A stretch of DNA of 64,000 nt from Mizuhopecten yessoensis (lineage: Eukaryota): assembly GCF_002113885.1 (NCBI RefSeq), contig NW_018406858.1:499363-563362 (forward strand). Reading direction: 5' to 3'. The notes under the pieces are model-generated. The model was not told the origin of the DNA. It saw only the letters and a program-made list of their open reading frames with translations, and searched no databases. Below are positions 54,372 to 64,000 of the stretch, piece after piece. Numbering within the stretch: the first letter of the stretch is position 1; each line of letters begins with the position of its first letter. A program made the translations under genes and the position numbers.

Positions 54372-56965
54372 ACAACCGATAATAAAACGACCTTATCATA
54401 CACCAACCAATCACAACACAACCGATAATATACTACATTATCATACACCAACCAACCACAACACAACCGATAATGAACTACCTCATCATACACCAATCAA
54501 TCACAACACCTCCGATAATGAACTACCTCATCATACACCAATCAATCACAACACAACCGATAATAAAACTACCTTATCATACACCAACCAATCACAACAC
54601 AACCGATAATATACTACATTATCATACACCAACCAACCACAACACAACCGATAATGAACTACCTCATCATACACCAATCAATCACAACACCTCCGATAAT
54701 GAACTACCTCATCATACACCATTCAATCACAACACAACCGATAATATACTACCTTATCATACACCAACCAACCACAACACAACCGATAATGAACTACCTC
54801 ATCATACACCAATCAATCACAACACAGCCGATAATATACTACCTAATCATAAACCAATCAATCACAACACAGCCGATAATATACTACCTTATCATACACC
54901 ATTCACTCACAACAAAGCCGATAATATACTACCTAATCATAAACCAATCAATCACAACACAGCCGATAATAAACTACCTTATCATACACCAATCAATCAC
55001 AACAAAGCCGATAGTAAACTACCTAATCATACACCAACCAATCACAACACCACCGATAATATACTATCTAATCATTAACCAACCTATCACAATACCGCCG
55101 ACAATATACTACCTTATTATAAACCAACCAATCACAACACCGCCGACAATATACTACCTTATCATAAACCAACCAATCACAACACCGCCGACAATATACT
55201 ACCTTATCACAAAGCAACCAATCACAACACAACCGATAATAAACTACCTTATCATACACCAACCAATCACAGCACAACCGATAATAAAATTACCTAATAA
55301 TTCACCAACCAATCACAGCACAACCGATAAAAAAAAAAGCTATTCATACACCAACCAATCACAACACAGCCGATAATAAACTACCTAATCATACACAAAC
55401 CAATCACAATACAACCGATAATAAACCAGCTATTCATACACCAACCAATCACAACACCACCGATAATATACTACCTAATCATACACCAACCAATCACAAC
55501 ACAACCGATAATTAACCAGCTATTCATACCCAAACCAATCACAACACAACCGATAATAAACTACCTAATCATACACCAACCAATCACAACACAACCGATA
55601 ATATACTATCTAATCATAAACCAACCAATCACAACACAACCGATAATAAACTACCTTATCATTAACAAACCAATCACAACACAACCGACAATATACTACC
55701 TTATCATAAACCAACCAATCACAACACAACCGATAATAAACCAGCTATTCATACCCCAACCAATCACAACACAGCCGATAATAAACTACCTAATCATACA
55801 CCAACCAATCACAGCACAACCGATAATAAACTACCTAATCATAACCCAACCAATCACAGCCCAGTCGATAATAAACTACCTCATCATAGACCAACCAATC
55901 ACAAAACAACCGATAATGAACTACCTAATCATAAACCAACCAATCACAAAACACCCGATAATGAACTACCTAATCATAAACCAACCAATCACAAAACACC
56001 CGATAATGAACTACCTAATCATAAACCAACCAATCACAGCACAACCGATAATAAACTACCTAATCATAAACCAACCAATCACAAAACACCCGATAATGAA
56101 CTACCTAATCATAAACCAACCAATCACAGCACAACCGATAATAAACTACCTCATCATAAACAAACCAATCACAGCCCAACCGATAATATACTATGTAATC
56201 ATAAACCAACCAATCACAACACAGCCGATAATAAACTACCTAATCATACACCAACCAATCACAGCACAACCGATAATAAACTACCTCATCATAAACCAAC
56301 AAATCACAAAACAATCGATAATGAACTACCTAATCATAAACCAACCAATCACAACACATCCGATAATAAACTACCTAATCATAAACCAACCAATCACAGC
56401 ACAACCGATAATAAACTACCTCATCATAAACCAACCAATCACAGCCCAACCGATAATATACTATGTAATCATAAACCAACCAATCACAACACAACCGATA
56501 ATATACTATATAATCATAAACCAACCAATCACAAAACAACCGATAATGAACTACCTAATCATAAACCAACCAATCACAACACAACCGATAATATACTATA
56601 AAATCATAAACCAACCAATCACAAAACAACCGATAATGAACTACCTAATCATAAACCAACCAATCACAACACAACCGATAATTTACTATCTGATCATAAA
56701 CAAACCAATCACAGCACAGCCGATAATAAACTACCTCATCATAAACCAACCAATCACAACACAACCGATAATATACTATCTAATCATAAACCAACCAATC
56801 ACAGCACAGCCGATATTTAACTACCTCATCATAAACCAACCATCACAACACAACCGATAATATACTATCTAATCATAAACCAACCAATCACAGCACAGCC
56901 GATAATAAACTACCTACTCATACACCAACCAACCACCCACAACACAACCGATAATATACTATCTA
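54372..56965. repeat. 45-bp AC-rich minisatellite, about 57 copies
   Basis: Unit ccaaccaatcacaacacaaccgataataaactacctaatcataaa; the 15-codon period explains the long ORFs here. Confidence 0.96.
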
Positions 56966-57349
56966 ATTCAGCTGATTTTATTGTAATTCTTTGAGAAAAA
57001 TAACTGTGTTTCTTTAATGTTACAATAAAATGGTTTCATAATTGTCACGTTACAATAATTTGCGATTATTATATTCGATTTTATCATTCAAACAAAGTAT
57101 TTTTTTTATTCAAAAAAGATAAAAATGATTGTATTGCAAAACTTTATATGTCTGTATAATTGAAGAGGGTTAATTACTTTGTAAATGTCCATCATTAAAA
57201 AGTAATGTTTTGGTCCCTTCGGGGCCTAGGTTGAATTACTTTTATGAGCCTGAGTACATGTGTACATATTACACAAACAACCAATCGGTAATCAATGATG
57301 CAGACTACCTTTAATGTTTTGCTCTGACGTATTTGTTAATGGATTGTAA

Positions 57350-58560
57350 AAAAAGAAGCCCAATGGGCCTACATCGCTCACCTAGTATAAATCTCACACT
57401 TGTAACCTTAAAAGTGATCTAAAATAATGCTACAGGCAAAATATCAGTATTTATGATTAAAATTCATCCAAAAGAGCCTGTTATTTTTTTTTTAAACATT
57501 TCATCCCTGTGATTGAAAGTCGAACAAAGTCATTATGTTACACAAATTTTATAGCCTTTCATCTCAGAATGCAATTTGCAAAGTATCAACATCCTGGGAC
57601 CAATGGTTATTCAGAAGAAGTCGTTTAAAGGTTTTAAACATATTTCACCCCTGTGACCTTGAATATAAATCAAGGTCATTTATTTGAACAAACTTGGTAG
57701 CCCTTTATCCCAGCATGTTACTGGCCAAATAGCATCACCCTAGGCCTCTCAGTTATTTAGAAGAAGTCGTTTAAAGGTTTTAAAGATATTTGACTCCAGT
57801 GACCTTGAATATAAATCAAGGTCATTTATTTGAACAAACTTGGTAGCCCTTCATCCAAGCATGTTACTGGCCAAATATCATCATCCTAGGGCTCTCAGTA
57901 ATTTAGAAGAAGTCGTTTAAAGTTTTTTAAGATATTTGACCCAGTGACCTTGAACATAAATCAAGGGTATTTATTTGAACAAACTTGGTAGCCCTTCATC
58001 CAAGCATCCTACTGGCCAAACATCATCACCCTAGGCCTCTCGTTTATTCAGAAAAAGTCGTTTAAAGAATTTAAACATATTTGACCCCAGTGACCTTGAA
58101 TATAAATCCAGGTCATTTATTTGAACGAACTGTAGCCCTTCATCCCAGCATGTTACTGGCCAAATATCATCACCCTAAGCCTGTTGGTTATTCAGAAGAA
58201 GTCGTTTAAAGAATTTAAACATATTTGACCCCAGTGACCTTGAATATAAATCAAGGTCATTTACTTGAACGAACTTTGTAGCCCTTTATCCCAGCATGTT
58301 ACTGGCCAAATATCATCAACCTAGGCCTCTTGGTTTTTCAGAAGAAGTTGTTTAAGCATTTTAACATATTTGACCCCTGTGACCTTGAAAATGGTTGAAG
58401 GTCAATTATTTGAACAAACTTGGTAGCCCTTCATCCAAGCATGCTTCTGGCCAAATATCATTACCCTAGCCCTTTTGGTTACTGAGAAGAAGTTGTTTAA
58501 ACTTAAAAGTTGACGACAGACGGACGACAGGCGGACGACGGACGCCGCACTACGGCATAC
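57350..58560 (+). mobile_element. Non-autonomous element with internal 145-bp tandem repeats (bivalve pearl/CvA/DTC84, Helentron-HINE-like layout)
   Basis: 5' module gcccaatgggcctacatcgctcacct; gtgaccttgaa recurs about every 145 bp, six times; 3' gacggacgac microsatellite. Confidence 0.75.
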
Positions 58561-60929
58561 GGGGAATAAAGTGATTAACAGAATTATATATATAATTATA
58601 CATTTATATGTATACTGCTGATGACAATGTTTCTGAAACTATCCGCCAACAAACACAGCATATCACAAATTCTGTGGAGAGGTTCTGATCTGATTACAAA
58701 TGTTTTTGTGTATTTTACATATCTTGCTCAGAACAAACGTGTTGATGCACTATAGGGTTCAATTGTACTGAGGAAGACTGACAATATACGAGAACAGTGA
58801 ACCTACCATCAATGATAACCCTTTGTGAACATTCTCCGAAGTGATGTATACATTAACATAACAACATAACTATTAACATAAAGGTATTGCAGTTAGATAG
58901 AAATGTTTCGATTGGTATGTAACTTAAATCTATAGAACTGAGATAGCATTCCTGAAAAGCTTTATCCTTTGACACAATTTTCCTTCCACAACATTAATAG
59001 TATTAGAATGTTTGTATTGCAATTATTTGAAAAACGTGTATTTCTCTAGAATTGTGCTATATACGTGTATTAACCAATTATAGAAATGGTCACTATGAGT
59101 TACTCAAATTAAAATAATATTATATTTTTACGTCTGTTTGCAGTGTTTCTCCAACTACACCGGAGAGAGTTCAAAGTTGATGCCATTTATTTATTTCTAA
59201 CCTAGCGCAAGAATAGACAGTTCATCGGCCATAAACCCTTACAGCCAAAGACAGTCTAAATGTCTACAAGTAATAGAGAAACATACCAAGGCGCTCCATC
59301 ACCGAGACGTAAAGACGAGCTGGAACAAAGGGTATCACCTCCGGATGTATTTTAAATTGATGTCATCCAGAGAAACAGCCCACGTATGTCGCAGGCAGGG
59401 CATAGACACAACATGGCCTTTCTGTCCTCATTCACCTTGCTGCCTTCCTACTAGGACGTATACTTCAACAACTTGGTAAGGTTCTCCGGGGAACAAAGCC
59501 TAATCACTTGTATAAACGACTGGCGCTTAAATTACCTGCAGGTTATAGATTCCAGTTAGTAGGTAAACACAGTAGTTCAATCAGGTTTATTAATGAGTTG
59601 TCCAAAGAAATCACGTACATTACCAGGCATTTAAAAACATCTGAAAAATGTTATGATGACAATAGTCAATACACAGCCATTAACCGAATCGGGTGTGAAA
59701 TCCTCGGAGTCTAGTACTAGAATGAAACCTTTTGGATGGAACAATCCGGTCGCTAAAGTCTAGTCAATATCACAAATCCATTACTATTTACAGTTGGCTT
59801 ACAATCAAGTCCCACAAGATTAATACACGTTTCTTTCCAAAATGAGAACAATGATCGTACCATACAGATTTGATTGCATATTTACCTCTATACATTCATG
59901 AGTAAACATGAAGTAAGTAGTAAACATCTTATAATTGGTATTTTTTCCTTGGCATTTAATTGTGATTTTTTTTGAAAAGATGATCAGCTCCTTTGTAAGC
60001 TATTTCTTCAAATACGAAATGCCAGTTATTGTTCAATATATGTACACTTTCATTCATTCTGATTTTGTTATTTATTCATTAACAAATCGGGAATAACCTT
60101 TAAATGGCGTTAGGAATAAATTAGAAATGAGGAAAGAAAAGTATTTGATAAAATAGTGTTGCCCGTTTTCCTGCCTTAATTAGCTCTCATGACGATGTCC
60201 CAATATCTTTGGATCTTCTTGTTTGTCCACAAGATCGCAACTTATACACTCCGAACAATCATGATAATTGTGCAATTCTAACGTACGAGCACTTATCAAT
60301 TAGATTAACGAAGAATTATTGTAAAATACTGTATTTCCTTACCTTTATTGACACATACGTGGATTGCGATCACATGTACGTGACTAAACCCTATCATAGA
60401 ATCCTCAGTTTGTCAGCTGTGATGAAATCACAGCCTTACTATTTCCGGATCGTTTCTAGCTTGGTTTTTGGCATCCTCCATCTTAACCAAGCAATGACTT
60501 TGCATTGGTCTTTGACATTTTATGAATTTTTGATTTCTTCGCTCCGATACCGTTATCGATTTCCAGTTTTTCCCTTAATCCTCATTCATAGTTTTAGACG
60601 TCTATATCCCGGATCGTTCATTAATCCTAATTCTGGACAGATGCTCCTCCATGTGGACTTTGCATCAAATCTGCACCATCTTTTCTGTATCGACACCCAC
60701 TGCCGCAAATACAGCTAGTCTAACAAACTTGACTTTTTGCGTCGACAGGCCTCCTCACACTGTTTTCCCATAGAAATGTCATCTTGCCCATTATCACGTA
60801 ATGCTTCATCAAATATTACAGGACGTCGAGTTGTTGTTCTTCCGAAGGACATTGGGAAGCGATGCATGTCATACGTGTCCTACATAACAACCATTCTCAG
60901 TCATCTTTGTGTACAAGGGAACTCATCAC

Positions 60930-62875
60930 ATAACGTATTGTGATCAGGGACCAAATAGCAACCGCCTCCAACAAATTGTGTTCAAGGGGTTGTCATACAT
61001 GTCTCCTCACATAATACATTGTTTTCTAGGGGATCAGATAGCAACCGCATCACACAATACATTGTGTTCAAGGGGATCAGATAGCAACCGCATCACAATA
61101 CATTGTATTCAAGGGGCTGGATAGCAACCACTTCACACAATACATTGTGTTCAAGGTGACCTGATAGTGACCACCTCACGAAATCGATTGTGATCCAGGG
61201 AACCAGATAGCAACCACCTCACACAATACAGTGTGTTCAAAGGAACCACATAGCAACCACTGCACACAATACATTGTGTTCAAGAGGGCTGGATAGCAAC
61301 CACCTCACACAATACAGTGTGTTAAAGGGGCTGGATAGCAACCACTTAACACAATACATTGTGATCAAGTGGTCTGGATAGCAACCACCTCACACAATAC
61401 ATTGTGTTCAAGGGGACCAGATATCAGCCAGCTCACACAATACATTATGTTCAAAGGAACCACATAGCAACCATCTCACACAATACATTGTGTTCAAGGG
61501 GACCAGATATCAGCCAGCTCACACAATACATTGTGATCAAGGGAACCAGATAGCAACCACCTCACACAATATATTGTGATCCAGGGAACCAGGTAACAAC
61601 CACCTCATACAATACATTGTGTTCAAGGGGCTGAATAGCAACCACTTCACACAATACATTGTGTTCAATGGAGGCTGTATCACAACCACCTCACACAATA
61701 CATTGTGATCTAGGGGGCTGGATAATAACCACCTCACATAATACATTTTGTTCAAGGGAACCAGATAGCAACTATATCACACAATACATTGTGTTCAAGG
61801 GGACCTGATAGTAACCACCTCACACAATACATTGTGTTCAAAGGAACCACATAGCAACCACCTCACACAATACATTGTGTCCAAGAGGGCTGGATAGCAA
61901 CCACCTCACACAATACATTGTGTTCAAGAGGGCTGGATAGCAACCACCTCACACAATACATTGTGTTCAAGGGGCTGGATAGCATCCATCTCACACAATA
62001 CATTGTGTTCAAGGGGACTTGATAGCAACCACCTCACACAATACATTGTGTTTAAGAGGGCTGGATAGCAACCACCTCACACAATACATTGTGTTCAAGA
62101 GGCTGGATAGCAACCACCTCACACAATACATTGTGTTCAAGGGGCTGAATAGCAACCACTTCACACAATACATTGTGATCTAGGGGGCTGGATAACAACC
62201 ACCTCACACAATACATTGTGTTCAAGAGGCTGGATAGCAACCACTTCACACAATACATTGTGTTCAAGGGGACCTGATAGTAACCACCTCACACAATACA
62301 TTGTGTCCAATGGGGCTGGATAGCAACCACCTCATACAATACATTGTGTTGTTTGGGACCAGCAAGCTTCCACTTCACACAAAACATTGTGTTCAAGGGG
62401 ACTAGATAGCTACCATTTCACACCATACATTGTGTTCAAGAGGGCTGGATAGCAACCACCTCATACAATACATTGTGTTCTTTGGGACCAGAAAGCTTCC
62501 ACTTCACACAAAACATTGCGTTCAAGGGGACTAGATAGCTACCATTTCACACAATACATTGTGTTCAAGGGAACCAGATAGCAACTTCATAATACATTGT
62601 TTTTAAGGGGGGTGGATAGCAACCACCTAACACAATACATTTTGATCAAGGGAACCAAAAAGCAACCACTTCACACAATACATTGTGTTCAAGGGGACTA
62701 GATAGCAACCATTTCACACAATACATTATGTTCAAGGGAACCAGATAGCAACCACCTCACACAATACATTGTGATCAAGGGAACCAGATAGCAACCAACT
62801 CACACAATACATTGTGATCAAGGAAACTAGATAGCAACCACCTCACACAATACATTTGTGTTCAAGGGGACATAC
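60930..62875. repeat. 42-43-bp minisatellite, about 45 copies, with internal palindrome acacaat-ac-attgtgt
   Basis: Unit gatagcaaccacctcacacaatacattgtgttcaagggg.. Confidence 0.95.
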
Positions 62876-64000
62876 AACCATTATTTTACAACCCCACTAT
62901 GTTATATGTATAATCAGTTTATATTTCTAGCTGTCATCCAAAGCAGCACAGCAAGTTTTACGATCAGAAGTGAACCAGTCGGTGGGTATACTGGTTTTTA
63001 TCTAGGATAGCCAATGTTTAGTGCTTATCTCCAAGTTATTCTGCAAGCAAATGGCAAACTAAACATTGTCCACCTTTAAACATATCTTCAGTTTTCCTCT
63101 TTAAGTAATTGTAATCGTTGACATTTTACACAGAACATTTTTAGCTTTTCCCTATTTAAACATAAGCACAGTAGCATATTTTTGTCAACATTTGAATTAT
63201 GCTTCATGCTTTGTGAATAAATATCAAATGATCAAGATTGCACCAAAGAAAGATACAAAGTTAACTTTTAAATCATCATTTTACTTTTGTGGCATGTTGG
63301 TTAGATCATCTTATTCCAGCTGCAAAATATTAATGAAAGCAAGCCAGTTCAGTAATTTTTAAACTTCAGCTTTGATTATGTGTTATCTATGGTAGGGGAG
63401 ATAACTCCTGTACTGTGGTTTCCAAGTTTATTAGCCCTATTTCCCATATATTTATATGTATTATCTAATAAAGTAACTTCCTATTTAACTGCCTTGGAAG
63501 GTAGAAGTAGCCTAAACCTACTGTACTGTATCTCTACACTCCTATACAAGGGGATGGTAATGCGACCTAGAGAACAACATGTTGGCAAGAGATAAATGTC
63601 TGAATTCAACACTCATTTTACTTGTCACTTGATTGATATAGCTAACACATTGTGAGGTCCTGTTTTCCTATTTTCTTAACATTTCCTTTATACATCTCCC
63701 TAAATGTATCACCAAACCTGTTTATGACACCAACATTTTGTTGAACAAATGTGGCAGAATAACAAGGTTTGAACTTCTGAACAAAAACCTATTTCATGTT
63801 TTCCTGAAAAAATAGATATCTCCCAATTTCATACATCTGTTTGCATGTATAACAACACCACACATTTCATTTTTGTTTTCTCTTCGTCATACATGTACAT
63901 GATGTACATATACACAAAGACATTGAAATAGGGAGTAGTAATTTAACAACCTATCCAAAATGGGCCAGTACAAATGGAAATATATTTGATTTATTACATA

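Noticed and set aside
54473-56860. ORFs of 201-314 aa with periodic sequence
   Set aside because: By-product of a 45-bp (15-codon) minisatellite; open in more than one frame with no splice or domain context
59280-59480. GC-richer block with an HLAAF-like word and donor-like sites on both strands
   Set aside because: No sustained open frame or clear acceptor; cannot support an exon call

Overview
AT-rich eukaryotic genomic DNA. The repeat families and gene style suggest a mollusc, probably a bivalve (inference). The window is dominated by one minus-strand gene of about 42 kb (49022->7064) encoding a TRPA1-like ion channel: about 17 ankyrin repeats, a linker, six TM segments, a TRP-like helix and a C-terminal coiled coil, roughly 1200 aa in total. 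I reconstructed 30 exons by hand with GT-AG boundaries and matching phases; most of the S3-S4 coding sequence falls in a 623-N assembly gap. The introns contain a 5'-truncated CR1/L2-type LINE, two foldback elements, tRNA-SINE remnants and many minisatellites. The most striking pattern is that about 10 of the gene's exon junctions have been copied into adjacent tandem arrays. The repeat unit contains the splice site itself, often with exon bases, and each array runs only into the intron, giving tens of decoy donors or acceptors beside the real site. Most long ORFs in the ORF track are artefacts of these repeats or of the N gap.
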